From: an uncultured Actinomycetota bacterium
Lineage (GTDB): Bacteria > Actinomycetota > Actinomycetes > JAHEKZ01
NCBI GenBank assembly: GCA_963718235.1
Contig: CAVQYR010000001.1
Coordinates: forward strand, 1,920,001-1,984,000
Direction of reading: 5' to 3'
DNA length: 64,000 bases
The notes under the pieces: model-generated
What the model saw: only the letters and a program-made list of their open reading frames with translations
Told to the model about the DNA's origin: nothing
Database searches by the model: none
Made by a program: the position numbers and the translations under genes
Part shown: in pieces, positions 29,952-41,407 of the stretch
Position numbering within the stretch: the first letter of the stretch is position 1
Layout: each line of letters opens with the position of its first letter

Positions 29952-30689
29952 TCACGACCACGACGCCGGCCCGGTTCGGGGACCTGAGCCGTTGCTGCGG
30001 GTGTCCGGCCCCTGCGGCGGCTCGGGCTGGTAGGTCACCGGCGCAGGGCGCGGGACCTGCTGGGCGACCGGCTCGGCGAGCGGCTGGGCAAGGGGCTGGA
30101 CCACGGGCTGGCGCAGTGGGTCCGGCTGCACCGGGTACTGCGGCTCCGAGCGCTGCGGCGGGTACGGCGCGTCCTCGACCCTCTGCTCGACCGGTCGTTG
30201 GGGAGCCGGGTAGCGGTCGTCGTGGTGCGACGGCGCGACCTGCGGGGGGAACGACGCCGGCTGCTCGGCCGGTCGGTCGTCGACCCGCAGGACGGCTGCG
30301 ACGGCCTGCGCCGCCCGCCTCACCTCGAACAGGAGCAGTCCGACCTTGGCGCCACGGGCACCGACGGCCACGAGCACCGCCTCGTCGTCCGCCGACACCA
30401 GGAAGACCGTGCCGGACTCGCCCTCGACGTAGACCTGGGACAGGTCCCCGCGGCCCAGTCCCTGCGCGGCGCGCTCACCCAGGGACAACAGGGCAGCGCT
30501 CATGGCGGCCACCCGGTCCTCGTCCATGCCCGGCGGCAACGCCGAGGCCATGGGCAGGCCGTCGAAGGAGACCACTGCTGCGGCCTCCATCTCGGGAGCC
30601 TGGCTGAGCAAGGTGGTCAGCACCGCGTCGAGCTGGCCGGATCGGCTGGCAGGACCCGTGCTGAGCAGGTCGGAGTAACGGTCGGTCAT
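29952..30689 (-). CDS. Roadblock/LC7 protein (MglB / CvnB-like) with Pro/Gln tail
   Basis: AAVVSFDGLPMAS, RVAAMSAALLSLGERAAQGLGRG, QVYVEGESG. Confidence 0.9.
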   Translation of the reverse strand: MTDRYSDLLSTGPASRSGQLDAVLTTLLSQAPEMEAAAVVSFDGLPMASALPPGMDEDRVAAMSAALLSLGERAAQGLGRGDLSQVYVEGESGTVFLVSADDEAVLVAVGARGAKVGLLLFEVRRAAQAVAAVLRVDDRPAEQPASFPPQVAPSHHDDRYPAPQRPVEQRVEDAPYPPQRSEPQYPVQPDPLRQPVVQPLAQPLAEPVAQQVPRPAPVTYQPEPPQGPDTRSNGSGPRTGPASWS

Positions 30690-30736
30690 GGCGGACCCTC
30701 TCGCGCTGGCTGCGAGCGGTCGACCACCGCTCACCG

Positions 30737-31660
30737 CTACTGCTTCGGCGGCCCCGCTGCTCCCCTTGAGCGACCGCCGTCCGCGTGACGTCGCTCCCGC
30801 AGCTCGGCCAGACCGGCGTCGCGCAGGACCGAGGCCGAGACGTCGCGCCCGGTCATCAGGGTGACCTGCCCGCGGGCCTGGTGGACCAGCATCTCCAGGC
30901 CACCGGCGACCGCGCCCCCGGCGCTCGCCCACGCGGCGCCCAGCGCGGTCGGCCAGGGCTCGTAAACCACGTCGACGAGCAGTCCCAGCGGGGAGCGACC
31001 TGCGCCCACCGCGTCGACCAGGTGGTCGGCCGCGCCGGTCGGGACGGTGGACACCACGACGTCGGCGTCCAGCCCGGCACCGGCGTCGGACCACGGGCAA
31101 ACCGACACGGCGGGGCCGCCGGCGGGGTCGGGGCCGACCGTGCCGAGCGCGGCCACCTGCTGCACCCATGACGCAAGGTCGGGCAGCGCGTCAGGTCGAC
31201 GCGCACACACGGTGACCTGCTCCGCGCCCACGTCCACGAGCGCGGCGATCGCCGACCGGGCGGTCGCCCCGGATCCCAGCACCGTCGCCGTCCGCGGGCG
31301 GACCACCCCGTGCTCGCCGAGCACGGTGACCAGGCCGGGCACATCGGTGTTGTGACCCACTCGCCCGGCCGGGGTCAGCAGCACCGTGTTCACCGAACGC
31401 AACGTGCGCGCCAGCGGGTCGATGGCGTTGAGCAGCGGGACCACCGACTCCTTCAACGGCATGGTCAGGGAGAGCCCGACCCAGTCGTCGTCCAGTCCGT
31501 CGAGAAAGGCGCCGAGACCGTCCGGGCCCAGGTCGACGGCCTCGTAGGTCCACGGAAGACCGAGCGACCGGTACGCGGCCCGGTGCAGGGCCGGAGACAG
31601 CGAGTGCGTGATCGGACGCCCCAGGACGGCGGCTCGCCGGACGCCGGGCCCGCCCACCAC
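30737..31660 (-). CDS. aroE: Shikimate dehydrogenase
   Basis: HSLSPALH, SLTMPLK, VNT, NTD, LGSGATA, GLEMLVHQA. Confidence 0.93.
   Translation of the reverse strand: MVGGPGVRRAAVLGRPITHSLSPALHRAAYRSLGLPWTYEAVDLGPDGLGAFLDGLDDDWVGLSLTMPLKESVVPLLNAIDPLARTLRSVNTVLLTPAGRVGHNTDVPGLVTVLGEHGVVRPRTATVLGSGATARSAIAALVDVGAEQVTVCARRPDALPDLASWVQQVAALGTVGPDPAGGPAVSVCPWSDAGAGLDADVVVSTVPTGAADHLVDAVGAGRSPLGLLVDVVYEPWPTALGAAWASAGGAVAGGLEMLVHQARGQVTLMTGRDVSASVLRDAGLAELRERRHADGGRSRGAAGPPKQ
30745..30770 (-). promoter_or_regulatory. Putative sigma28-type promoter of the Roadblock-DUF4388-GTPase operon
   Basis: CTCAAG-N15-GCCGAAG in the 3' end of aroE. Confidence 0.72.
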
Positions 31661-32742
31661 TAGGGAACCGCCGCGTAGAACTCGTCCTTCCACACCAGGA
31701 ACTGGTCGTAGTCGGCGGTGAACCGGGTGGCGTCACTTCCCGGGGCCACGGCGACGAAGTAGACCCAGTCCCCGTCCGGTGGGTGGAGCGCGGCGTCGAG
31801 GGCCGCCTCCCCAGGAGAGTTGATCGGTCCGGGCGGGAGTCCGCCGTTGGCATAGGTGTTGTACGGCGAGTCGACCCCGAGCTGGTCGTTGTCCAAGGTG
31901 AGGTCGTCGGTGCCGAGCGCGTAGTTCACCGTCGAGTCGAGCTGCAGGGGCATCCCCGCGTTGAGCCGGTTGTAGACGACCCGGGCCGCCCTCCCGAAGT
32001 CCCGCTCCGCCACCTCGGCCTGCACCAGGCTCGCCACCACCACGGCCTGGCGCGGGGTCAGCCCGACGGCCCGGCTGCTGGCCACCAGGTCCAGCTCCGC
32101 GGCCGCCTGGTCGAAGCGCTGGACCAGCGTGCGCAGCATCTCCTGGGCCGGGACTCCGGGGTCGAAGGCGTACGTCGCGGGGAACAGGAACCCTTCGGCC
32201 TCACCCTCCGCGTACCGCGGCAGGCCGAGCGCGCGCGGGGTCTCCAGGGCCCGCTCGAAGTCCTCCCGTGGGAGCCCGGACGCCTCGACCAGTCGGTCGA
32301 CCGTCTGTGCCACCCGAAGCCCCTCGGGGATCGTCACCTCGGTCTGGACCCGGGCCTCCGGGTCGAGCAGCCGCTCCAGCGCTCCCTGAGCCGACATCTG
32401 CCGGGCCATCGCGTAGATGCCCGGCTGGATGCCCAACGAGCGGTCGTCGGCCGCTGCGGCGTCGACGAACGCGGCAGCGCTGGCCACGACGTCGGCCTGG
32501 GCCAACGTCTCGCCGATCGCGCGGGCCGAGTCGCCGGGCGCCACCTCCACGACCACCTCGCCCTCCCCGGGGCCGGGGTAGTCGGCCGAACCGCCGAGCC
32601 AGCCGCCCAGCAGGGCGGCCCCCATCAAGGCCCCCGCGACCAGCACCAGGACCAGGACGACGACCCCTAGCACCGCTCGACGTCGACGTACGGCCTGGCT
32701 CGGCCCGGGTCTCGCCAGCGGGGCGCGCGGCGGAGCGCTCAC
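31660..32742 (-). CDS. mltG: Endolytic transglycosylase MltG
   Basis: TIPEG, EGFLFPATY, ASLVQAE, LQLDST, SPYNTY, GLPPGPI. Confidence 0.92.
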   Translation of the reverse strand: MSAPPRAPLARPGPSQAVRRRRAVLGVVVLVLVLVAGALMGAALLGGWLGGSADYPGPGEGEVVVEVAPGDSARAIGETLAQADVVASAAAFVDAAAADDRSLGIQPGIYAMARQMSAQGALERLLDPEARVQTEVTIPEGLRVAQTVDRLVEASGLPREDFERALETPRALGLPRYAEGEAEGFLFPATYAFDPGVPAQEMLRTLVQRFDQAAAELDLVASSRAVGLTPRQAVVVASLVQAEVAERDFGRAARVVYNRLNAGMPLQLDSTVNYALGTDDLTLDNDQLGVDSPYNTYANGGLPPGPINSPGEAALDAALHPPDGDWVYFVAVAPGSDATRFTADYDQFLVWKDEFYAAVP

Positions 32743-33212
32743 GACGACCCCGAGGACGCAGCGCTCGGCACCACCAGCTGCCCCGGGGGGCGACCGGTGC
32801 CCCGCTCGGTGTCCAGGGCCGCCTGCAGCACGACCACCGCAGCCGCCTGGTCGATCACCGAGCGTCCGGCCCGGCTGTCCCGTCCGGACGCCTGCAGCGA
32901 CCGGGCGGCCGTCACCGTGCTCAGCCGCTCGTCGACCATCCGGACCTCGATCGGCACCGTGTCGGCGAGCTGCTGGGCGAAGGCTCGGGCGGAGCCGGCC
33001 GCCGCCCCCTCGGCTCCGGAGAGGCTGCGGGGGAGGCCGACCACGATCTCGATCGCGGCCCGCTCGAGCGCACAGCCCGCGATCCGGGCGAGGTCGCCGT
33101 CGCCCCGAGGCACGGTCTCGACGGGCACGGCCAGGACGCCGTCGGGGTCGCTGGCGGCCAGCCCGATCCGGACCTGTCCCGGGTCGACCCCGAGTCGGAC
33201 TCCACGACGCAT
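32739..33212 (-). CDS. ruvX: RuvX/YqgF family nuclease
   Basis: LGVDPGQVRIGLA.SD, VVGLP, VDERLST, IDQAAA. Confidence 0.93.
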   Translation of the reverse strand: MRRGVRLGVDPGQVRIGLAASDPDGVLAVPVETVPRGDGDLARIAGCALERAAIEIVVGLPRSLSGAEGAAAGSARAFAQQLADTVPIEVRMVDERLSTVTAARSLQASGRDSRAGRSVIDQAAAVVVLQAALDTERGTGRPPGQLVVPSAASSGSS

Positions 33213-35887
33213 CAGCCGGGCTCCACCACCGACCGCACCGACGGCACGACCTCGGCCAGACCGGCCCCGATCCCTGACGGGTCCGTGCCGCCGCCCTGGG
33301 CCACGTCGTCCTTGCCTCCGCCTCGTCCGCCGACCAAGGGCAGCACGGCCTGGAGCAGCACCCGGGCGGACAGCCCGAGGGTGCGGGCCTGCTCGTCGGT
33401 GACGGCCACCACCGAGACCTTGCCGTCGGTGGCGCCGGCGCCGACGACCACGCAGGGCTCACCGGACGCCTTGTCCCTGGTCTGCAGCGCCAGGTCGCGC
33501 AGGGCCGCCGGGTCGGTCCCGTCCGGCGCCCGGAACGCCCAGACCCGGGCCGGACCGACCCGGTCGCCCTCCCCCACGATGGAGCCCGCGGCCGCCCGCA
33601 GCTGCCCCTGCTTGTACCGGTCGATCTCCTTCTCGGCGTCGCGCAGGCGGGTCATCAGGTCGGCGACCCGGTCGGGGATCTCCTCGGGTCGGGCCTTGAG
33701 CTGCTCGGTGACCAGGTTGAGCAGGGTGTGCTCACGGGCCAGGTACCGGTAGGCGTCCATGCCGACGAGCGCCTCGATCCGGCGCACCCCGGCTCCGATC
33801 GAGGACTCGCCGAGCAGCTTGACCACACCGAGCTGCCCGGTGCGCCCGGCGTGCGTACCGCCGCACAGCTCGCGGGTCCAGTCCCCGACGCTGACCACGC
33901 GCACGACGTCGCCGTACTTCTCCCCGAACAGTGCCATCGCGCCGGAGGCGCGCGCCTCGTCGATCGGCAGGTACTCGGCATGGACGTCGAGGTCGTTGAT
34001 CAGCACCTCGTTGACCTTCTGCTCGACGTCGGTCAGCACACCGGCCGGCACCGCGCCCGGGTTCGGGAAGTCGAACCTGAACCGCCCGGGCGCGTTCTCC
34101 GAGCCCGCCTGCGTCGCCGTCTCCCCGAGCAGCTCACGCATCGCCTTGTGCACCATGTGCGTGGCCGTGTGCGCTCGCGAGATCGCCCGACGGCGCTCGA
34201 CGTCGACGACCGCACGTGCCGTCAGTCCCGTCTCGGCGGTTCCGTCGAGCACTCTCGCCCGGTGCACGACCAGCCCCTCGAGCGGCGTCTGGACGTCGTC
34301 GACCCGGACGAGCGCCCCGTTCGCCAGTCGGATCTCCCCCTCGTCGGCGAGCTGTCCGCCGCCCTCGGCGTAGAACGGTGTGCGGTCGAGCACCAGCTCG
34401 ACGACGTCGCCCGCCTGGGCCGCCGGGACGAGCTGACCGCCGCGAAGGATCCCCCGAACCGTCGCCTCGGAGTCGGTCTCGACGTACCCGGTGAACTCGG
34501 TCCGGCCGGCCGTGTCGGCGATGGTGCGGTACGCGGCGGGGTCACCGTGCCCCGTCTTCTTGGCCCGCGAGTCGGCCTTGGCCCGCTCGCGCTGCTGCGC
34601 CATGAGCCGGCGGAACCCCTCCTCGTCGACCTCGAGTCCCTGCTCGGCCGCCATCTCCAGGGTCAGGTCGATCGGGAAGCCGAACGTGTCGTGCAGCTTG
34701 AACGCCTCCTCGCCCTCGATCGTGCTGCGCCCGGAGGACTTGACCGAGTGCGCGGCCAGGTCGAAGATCTGGGTCCCCGCCCGCAGGGTCTCCAGGAAGG
34801 TCGCCTCCTCGGCCTCCGCGACGGCATGGATCCTCGCCCGCTCGAGCTCGAGCTCGGGGTACTGCGGGCCCATCGCCTCGATCGTGGCGCTGACCAGCTC
34901 GCGCACGGTGGGCTCGTGCGCGCCCAGGAGGCGCATCGAACGGATGCTCCTGCGCATGATCCGACGCAGGACGTAGCCCCGGCCTTCGTTGCCCGGGGTC
35001 ACCTGGTCGCTGATCAGCATGACGGCGGTCCGGACGTGGTCGCCGATCACGCGGAACCGCACGTCGTCGGCGTGGTCGGCGCCGTAGCGTCGTCCGGTCA
35101 GTCGGGACGCGCGGTCGATGATCTGCTTGCTCGTGTCGATCTCGTAGATGTTGTCGACACCCTGCAGAACGGCGGCCATGCGCTCGAGTCCCATGCCCGT
35201 GTCGATGTTCTTGGCCGGCAGCTCCGCGGTGACGTCGAAGTCGTCCTTGGCCCGCACGGCACTGAGCTCGTACTGCATGAAGACGAGGTTCCAGACCTCG
35301 AGGTAGCGGTCCTCGTCGACGACCGGCCCGCCCTCTTTGCCGAACTCCGGGCCGCGGTCGTAGTAGATCTCGCTGCACGGTCCACCTGGGCCGGGCACTC
35401 CCATGTGCCAGTAGTTGTCCTTCAGCCCGCGCCGCTGGATCCGCGACTCCGGTACCCCGACGTCGCGACGCCAGATCTCCGCGGACTCGTCGTCGTCGGC
35501 GTAGATCGTGGCCCACAGGCGGTCCTCTGGGAACCCGTAGCCACCGTCCGCGACGCTGTTGGTCAGCAGCTCCCACGCGAACGGGATCGCGGTCTCCTTG
35601 AAGTAGTCACCGAAGGAGAAGTTGCCGGCCATCTGGAAGAACGAGGCATGCCGGGTCGTCTTGCCGACCTCCTCGATGTCCAGGGTACGGACCACCTTCT
35701 GGACGCTGACGGCTCTTCGGTAGGGCGGGCTCTGCTCACCCAGGAAGTACGGCTTGAACGGGACCATGCCGGCGTTGACCAGCAGGAGGGTCGGGTCCGG
35801 GAGCGGGAGAGGCGCCGACGGCACGACCGTGTGCTCGCGCTGCTCGAAGAACCGCAGGAAGCGGCTGCGGATCTCGGCGGACTCCAT
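33212..35887 (-). CDS. alaS: Alanine--tRNA ligase
   Basis: [34 protein letters not shown]. Confidence 0.98.
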   Translation of the reverse strand: MESAEIRSRFLRFFEQREHTVVPSAPLPLPDPTLLLVNAGMVPFKPYFLGEQSPPYRRAVSVQKVVRTLDIEEVGKTTRHASFFQMAGNFSFGDYFKETAIPFAWELLTNSVADGGYGFPEDRLWATIYADDDESAEIWRRDVGVPESRIQRRGLKDNYWHMGVPGPGGPCSEIYYDRGPEFGKEGGPVVDEDRYLEVWNLVFMQYELSAVRAKDDFDVTAELPAKNIDTGMGLERMAAVLQGVDNIYEIDTSKQIIDRASRLTGRRYGADHADDVRFRVIGDHVRTAVMLISDQVTPGNEGRGYVLRRIMRRSIRSMRLLGAHEPTVRELVSATIEAMGPQYPELELERARIHAVAEAEEATFLETLRAGTQIFDLAAHSVKSSGRSTIEGEEAFKLHDTFGFPIDLTLEMAAEQGLEVDEEGFRRLMAQQRERAKADSRAKKTGHGDPAAYRTIADTAGRTEFTGYVETDSEATVRGILRGGQLVPAAQAGDVVELVLDRTPFYAEGGGQLADEGEIRLANGALVRVDDVQTPLEGLVVHRARVLDGTAETGLTARAVVDVERRRAISRAHTATHMVHKAMRELLGETATQAGSENAPGRFRFDFPNPGAVPAGVLTDVEQKVNEVLINDLDVHAEYLPIDEARASGAMALFGEKYGDVVRVVSVGDWTRELCGGTHAGRTGQLGVVKLLGESSIGAGVRRIEALVGMDAYRYLAREHTLLNLVTEQLKARPEEIPDRVADLMTRLRDAEKEIDRYKQGQLRAAAGSIVGEGDRVGPARVWAFRAPDGTDPAALRDLALQTRDKASGEPCVVVGAGATDGKVSVVAVTDEQARTLGLSARVLLQAVLPLVGGRGGGKDDVAQGGGTDPSGIGAGLAEVVPSVRSVVEPG

Positions 35888-35946
35888 GGTCTCGTGCTCC
35901 TCGTTCGTTCGGCTCGGGTGCTCGACGGTGGGCTGCTCCCGGCCGC

Positions 35947-37347
35947 TCAGCGCTGGGTCGGGCGGCTCCGTGCTGCCTCATCCGACCCTACCGAAGGGCT
36001 CCGCGTCTCCTGGGTTTCGGCGTGGACGACCGACCGCAGGGTGTCGACCCGCTCGCGCAGCCCGTTCTCGAAGCCGTGGGTGCCGGGGGTGTAGTAGCGA
36101 CGGCCGACGACCGGGTCAGGCGCGTACTGCTGGGGTACGACGCCTCGGGGGTCGTCGTGCGGGTAGACGTAACGGCGCCCGTGCCCGAGGTCCTTGGCCC
36201 CGGAGTAGTGGGCGTCGCGCAGGTGGGCCGGCACGGTGCCTACCAGCCCCCGCCGGACGTCGGCCAGCGCGCTGTCGATGGCCACCACCACCGCGTTGGA
36301 CTTGGGGGCGAGTGCCAGGTGGATGACGGCCTGGGCCAGGTTGATCCGCGCCTCGGGCAACCCGACGAACTGCGTGGCCTGCATCGCGGCCACCGCGGCC
36401 AGCAGCGCGGTGGGGTCGGCCAGGCCGATGTCCTCGCTGGCATGGATGACGAGCCGCCGGGCGATGAAGCGCGGGTCCTCGCCGGCCTCGACCATCCGGG
36501 CCAGGTAGTGCAGCGCCGCATCCACGTCGCTGCCACGGATGCTCTTGATGAGGGCACTCGTCACGTCGTAGTGCTGGTCACCGTCACGGTCGTACCGCAC
36601 CGCCGCCCGGTCAACGGCCTGCTCGACGGCGGCGACGTCGATCCTGCTCGACCCGCGGTCCGACGCCACGCCTGCGGCCGCCTCGAGCGCGGTCAGCCCC
36701 CGTCGTGCGTCTCCTCCGGAGAGCCGCACGAGGGTCGACATGGCCTCGTCGTCGACCGCGACGCCTGCCAGCCCTCGCGGGTCGCTGGCGGCGCGGATGA
36801 GCAGCGACTGGATCGCGACGTCGTCCAACGGTCGAAGGGTCAGCAGCAGCGAACGGGACAACAGCGGGGAGACGATCGAGAAGTGCGGGTTCTCCGTGGT
36901 CGCCGCGACGAGCACCACCCACCGGTTCTCCACCGCGGGGAGCAGCGCGTCCTGCTGCGTCTTGGAGAAGCGGTGCACCTCGTCGACGAACAGCACGGTC
37001 TCCTCGCCGGTCGCCAACGAGCGTCGGGCCGCATCGATGACCGCCCTGACCTCCTTGACCCCTGCGGTGACGGCCGAGAGCTCGACGAACCGCCGCCCAG
37101 TGGCCTGGCTGACCAACGAGGCGAGCGTCGTCTTGCCGGTTCCCGGTGGCCCCCACAGGATGAGCGACACCGGACCGGCTGCGGCATCCCCGCCGCCCTC
37201 GACGAGGCGGCGCAGGGGCGAGCCGGGAGTCAGCAGATGGTCCTGCCCGACGACGTCGTCCAGGGAGCGGGGACGCATCCGGGCCGCGAGCGGGCCGGTG
37301 CTGAGCTCCTCGACCGCGGCATCGAACAGGTCCGGCCCTTGCTCCAC
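35947..37347 (-). CDS. rarA: Replication-associated recombination protein A
   Basis: [40 protein letters not shown]. Confidence 0.95.
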   Translation of the reverse strand: MEQGPDLFDAAVEELSTGPLAARMRPRSLDDVVGQDHLLTPGSPLRRLVEGGGDAAAGPVSLILWGPPGTGKTTLASLVSQATGRRFVELSAVTAGVKEVRAVIDAARRSLATGEETVLFVDEVHRFSKTQQDALLPAVENRWVVLVAATTENPHFSIVSPLLSRSLLLTLRPLDDVAIQSLLIRAASDPRGLAGVAVDDEAMSTLVRLSGGDARRGLTALEAAAGVASDRGSSRIDVAAVEQAVDRAAVRYDRDGDQHYDVTSALIKSIRGSDVDAALHYLARMVEAGEDPRFIARRLVIHASEDIGLADPTALLAAVAAMQATQFVGLPEARINLAQAVIHLALAPKSNAVVVAIDSALADVRRGLVGTVPAHLRDAHYSGAKDLGHGRRYVYPHDDPRGVVPQQYAPDPVVGRRYYTPGTHGFENGLRERVDTLRSVVHAETQETRSPSVGSDEAARSRPTQR

Positions 37348-37390
37348 GCGAACCTCCTCCTTGGCGGGTCGTGCGCGACTCGCTGAGGCG

Positions 37391-39184
37391 CTAGTTCCGG
37401 CGTTCGTCGGGGATGACCTCGTCACCGGGGCGGTTGGCGACCGGGGCTTCCTTGTCCGCCGGTGGCGGTGCGTCGATGCCGGCCTCGGTGCGCTGTGCGG
37501 CCGTGATCGGGGTCGGAGCCCCGGTGAGCGGGTCGCCACCGGACGCGGTCTTCGGGAACGCGATGACCTCACGGATCGACGCCGCCCCCGCGAGCAGGCC
37601 GACCAGACGGTCGAGCCCGAAGGCGATGCCGCCGTGCGGAGGTGGACCGTAGCGCAACGCCTCGAGCAGGAACCCGAACTTGTTCTGCGCCTCCGCGTGG
37701 GACAACCCGATGATGTCGAACACCCGCTGCTGGACCTCGGGCCGGTGGATACGGATCGACCCGCCGCCGATCTCACTGCCGTTGAGCACCATGTCGTAGG
37801 CGTAGGCGAGCGCCCGCCCCGGCTCGACGTCGAAGGCGTCGACCCAGTCCTCGTTGGGTGCGGTGAACGGGTGGTGGACGGCGGTCCAGCCGCCCTCGCC
37901 GTCCGCTTCGAACATCGGTGCGTCGACCACCCACAGGAAGGCCCAGGCCGACTCGTCGATCAAGTCGCACCGCCGGCCGACCTCCAGGCGCGCGGCACCC
38001 AGCAGGGTCAGCGCCTCGGCCCGCCCGCCGGCGGCGAAGAAGACCGCGTCCCCGGGGGCGGCACCCGCCGCCGCGGTGAGCCCCGCTCGCTCGGCGTCGG
38101 AGAGGTTCTTGGCCACCGGTCCACCCAGGGTGCCGTCCTCTTGCACCAGGACGTAGGCGAGGCCGCGGGCCCCCCGGGCCCGGGCCCACTCCTGCCACCC
38201 GTCGAGCTCCTTGCGGCTCTGCGAGGCGCCCCCCGGCATCACGACGCACCCGACGTGCTCAGCCTGGAAGACCCGGAACGTCGTGGCCCCGAAGTACTCG
38301 GTCAGGTCGACCAGCTCGCAGCCGAACCGCACGTCGGGCTTGTCGCTGCCAAAGCGTTCCATCGCGTCCGCGTAGGTGAGGCGGGGCAGCGGCAAGGGCA
38401 CGTCGTACCCGTGCAGCTCGCCCCACAGTGCGGACACGAGCGACTCGCCGACCTCGATCACGTCGTCCTCGTCGACGAAGGACATCTCGATGTCGAGCTG
38501 GGTGAACTCCGGCTGTCGGTCGGCTCGGAAGTCCTCGTCCCGGAAACAACGGACGATCTGGTAGTACCGCTCCATGCCCGCCACCATGAGCAGCTGCTTG
38601 AACAGCTGCGGTGACTGCGGGAGCGCGTACCAGGATCCCGGCTGGAGCCGCACGGGTACCAAGAAGTCCCGTGCCCCCTCCGGCGTCGAGCGGGTCAGGT
38701 ACGGCGTCTCGATGTCCAGGAACCCTCGGGCATCCATGACGTCGCGGATGACCTTGGTGGCTCGGGCCCGCAGCCTCAGCGCCCGGGCGGGTGCGTCGCG
38801 ACGCAGGTCGAGGTAGCGGTAGCGCAGTCGGGCGTCCTCGCCCACGCTCACGTACTCGTCGATCGGGAACGGCAGCGGCTCCGAGGTCGACAGGATCTCG
38901 ACCTCTTGGGCAATGACCTCGACCGCACCGGTCGCGAGCTCTGGGTTCTCGTTGCCGACCGGTCGGGCCACCACCTCGCCGACCACCTTGACGCAGTACT
39001 CACTGCGCAGCTCGTTGGCCACCTCGGCGTCGCGCACCACCACCTGCACCGACCCGGAAGCGTCACGCAGGTCGAGGAAGGCCACCCCACCATGGTCGCG
39101 ACGACGCGCGACCCAGCCCGCGAGCACGACCTCCCGAGAGGCGTCGGACGCGCGCAGGGTCCCCGCGTCGTGGGTGCGGATCAC
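37391..39184 (-). CDS. aspS: Aspartate--tRNA ligase, probably non-discriminating
   Basis: [37 protein letters not shown]. Confidence 0.96.
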   Translation of the reverse strand: MIRTHDAGTLRASDASREVVLAGWVARRRDHGGVAFLDLRDASGSVQVVVRDAEVANELRSEYCVKVVGEVVARPVGNENPELATGAVEVIAQEVEILSTSEPLPFPIDEYVSVGEDARLRYRYLDLRRDAPARALRLRARATKVIRDVMDARGFLDIETPYLTRSTPEGARDFLVPVRLQPGSWYALPQSPQLFKQLLMVAGMERYYQIVRCFRDEDFRADRQPEFTQLDIEMSFVDEDDVIEVGESLVSALWGELHGYDVPLPLPRLTYADAMERFGSDKPDVRFGCELVDLTEYFGATTFRVFQAEHVGCVVMPGGASQSRKELDGWQEWARARGARGLAYVLVQEDGTLGGPVAKNLSDAERAGLTAAAGAAPGDAVFFAAGGRAEALTLLGAARLEVGRRCDLIDESAWAFLWVVDAPMFEADGEGGWTAVHHPFTAPNEDWVDAFDVEPGRALAYAYDMVLNGSEIGGGSIRIHRPEVQQRVFDIIGLSHAEAQNKFGFLLEALRYGPPPHGGIAFGLDRLVGLLAGAASIREVIAFPKTASGGDPLTGAPTPITAAQRTEAGIDAPPPADKEAPVANRPGDEVIPDERRN

Positions 39185-40529
39185 GGTTGCTCCCTGTCGT
39201 CGAAGGGTACGAGCCCGATGCTCGGAGCGAGGTCGGCCTCCGGTGGCATCCACTCCCCCGGAACGGCAGGGACCTGCTCGCCGCTGCGGATGTCCTTGAC
39301 CGAGTGGCCCCCGTCGGGCTCAGGGAACCAGACGTAGGGGATGCCCCGCCGGTCGGCATGGCGGATCTGCTTGCCGAACTTGGCGGCCGCCGGCGCGACC
39401 TCGGTGCTGATGCCGCGGTCCCGCAACGTGGCGGCAACCCGTTCCGAGGCCCCCCGCGCGCCTCGTCGACGACGGCCACCAGGACGCACGTCGGCACCGC
39501 CCGGCTCGCCCGTACGAGGTCGCGGCCCACGAGGACAGCGAGCAGCCGGGTCACCCCGAGTGAGATCCCCACGCCCGGGTAAGTGGCACGCCCGTCGCTG
39601 GCCAAGGCGTCGTAGCGCCCGCCCGAGCTGACCGACCCCAGGGACTCGTACCCGGTGACGAACGTCTCGTAGACCGTCCCGGTGTAGTAGTCGAGACCCC
39701 GCGCGATGCTCAGGTCGGCCACGACCGCCCCGGGCATCCGCTCGTGGGCGGCCGCGACGAGCGCCTCGAGCTCGGCCAGCCCTTCGTCGAGCAAGGGGTG
39801 CTCGACCCCGAGGGCACGCACCTCGCCGACGAAAGTGGCGTCCGGCGAGCGGATCTCTGCCATCGCCAGGCACCGGGCGGCGGCATCGGGGGTCAACCCC
39901 GCCTCCTCGACCAGGAGTCCGCCGACCCGCTCCGGCCCGAGCTTGCCGAGCTTGTCGATCGCCCGAAGCGCCGCTGACGGGTCAGAAGCCCCCAGCCCCA
40001 GGAAGAAGCCTTCGGCCAGCTTGCGGTTGTTGACCGAGATGACCGCAGGCGGGCAGGGCAGGGCGCGGAAGACCTCGGCCATGACCAGCGCGACCTCGAC
40101 CTCGTGGTGGAAGGCCAGGCTGTCGCGTCCGACCACGTCGATGTCGGCCTGCGTGAACTCCCGGTAGCGGCCGTCCTGAGGACGCTCCCCCCGCCAGGCC
40201 TTCTGGATCTGGTACCGCCGGAACGGGAAGTCCAGCTGCCCGGCGTGCTGGAGCACGTAGCGCGCGAACGGGACGGTGAGGTCGAAGTGCAGCCCGAGGC
40301 CCGGGTCCGCCTCGTCGGCCTCGGCGTGCAGCCGACGAAGGACGTACACCTCCTTGTCGATCTCACCCTTGCGCAGCAGCTGGTCGAGCGGCTCGACCGC
40401 GCGGGTCTCGATCGAGCTGAAGCCGTGCAGCTCGAAGACCCGACGGACCGTGTCCAGGACATAGAGCTCGACGAGCCGCTGGGCCGGTAGGTACTCCGGG
40501 AACCCGGACAGCGCGCTGGGTCGCGACAT
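39181..40529 (-). CDS. hisS: Histidine--tRNA ligase (apparent frameshift near 39455, probably an error)
   Basis: [26 protein letters not shown]; anticodon domain [13 protein letters not shown] in another frame. Confidence 0.93.
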
Positions 40530-40532
40530 CGG

Positions 40533-41252
40533 TCACAACCCCTTTCGCGGCGGCGCCGCGACCAGGTCCGTGGCGAGGAACGGGTTGCCCGCGCGCTCGT
40601 GCCCGATGGTCGTCGCCGGACCGTGCCCGGGCAGCACGAGGACGTCGTCGGCCAGCGGGACGACCTTGCGACTCAGGGAGTCCATCATCTGCTCGTAGGA
40701 CCCCCCGGGCAGGTCGGTGCGCCCGATCGACCCCGCGAACAGGACGTCACCGGAGAGCAGGGTCTGGCTGGGCGTCTCCTCGGCCCCCGTGAGCCCGGAC
40801 GGTGCCCCGGGGACTCGGAACATGACCGACCCCGGTGTGTGGCCGGGGGCATGGTCGACGACCAGCTCGAGCCCGGCCAGCGGCAGGGCCTCTCCGTCGG
40901 CCAGCACCCGCACGTCGTCCGGCTCCTGCCACTCCAGACGCCCGCCGAACATCGCCTGGGTCTCGCGGCTGAGCCCCTTCATCGGGTCGGCCAGGAGCTC
41001 ACGATCGGCGGGGTGGATGTAGGCGGGAATGTGCCGCGAGCCGGCGACCGGGACGACCGAGAAGGTGTGGTCGAGGTGACCGTGGGTCAGCAGCACCGCC
41101 ACGGGCTTCAGCCGGTACTCCAGCAGCAGCGCGTCGATGCCCTCGGCGACGTCGATGCCCGGGTCGACGACCACGCACTCCTCGCCCGGGCCGGGAGCCA
41201 CGACGTACACGTTCGTACCGAACGCCGCGGACGGGAATCCGACGACGAGCAC
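40533..41252 (-). CDS. MBL-fold metallohydrolase
   Basis: THGHLDH, PGHTPGS, SGD.LF.GSIGRTD, PGHG. Confidence 0.92.
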   Translation of the reverse strand: MLVVGFPSAAFGTNVYVVAPGPGEECVVVDPGIDVAEGIDALLLEYRLKPVAVLLTHGHLDHTFSVVPVAGSRHIPAYIHPADRELLADPMKGLSRETQAMFGGRLEWQEPDDVRVLADGEALPLAGLELVVDHAPGHTPGSVMFRVPGAPSGLTGAEETPSQTLLSGDVLFAGSIGRTDLPGGSYEQMMDSLSRKVVPLADDVLVLPGHGPATTIGHERAGNPFLATDLVAAPPRKGL

Positions 41253-41407
41253 GAGCGACTCCCTTCCGGACGTTGACGCCGTGGGACGCCACGGTCCCGC
41301 GAGCCTATCGGCGCCAGGGCGCCCCAGCCGAACGGGTTTGCGACCTCCGCACCACGGGCGCCACGCCGTCCCTAGACTGGGGCGCCGTTCGTCGAGAGGC
41401 AGGTCCG

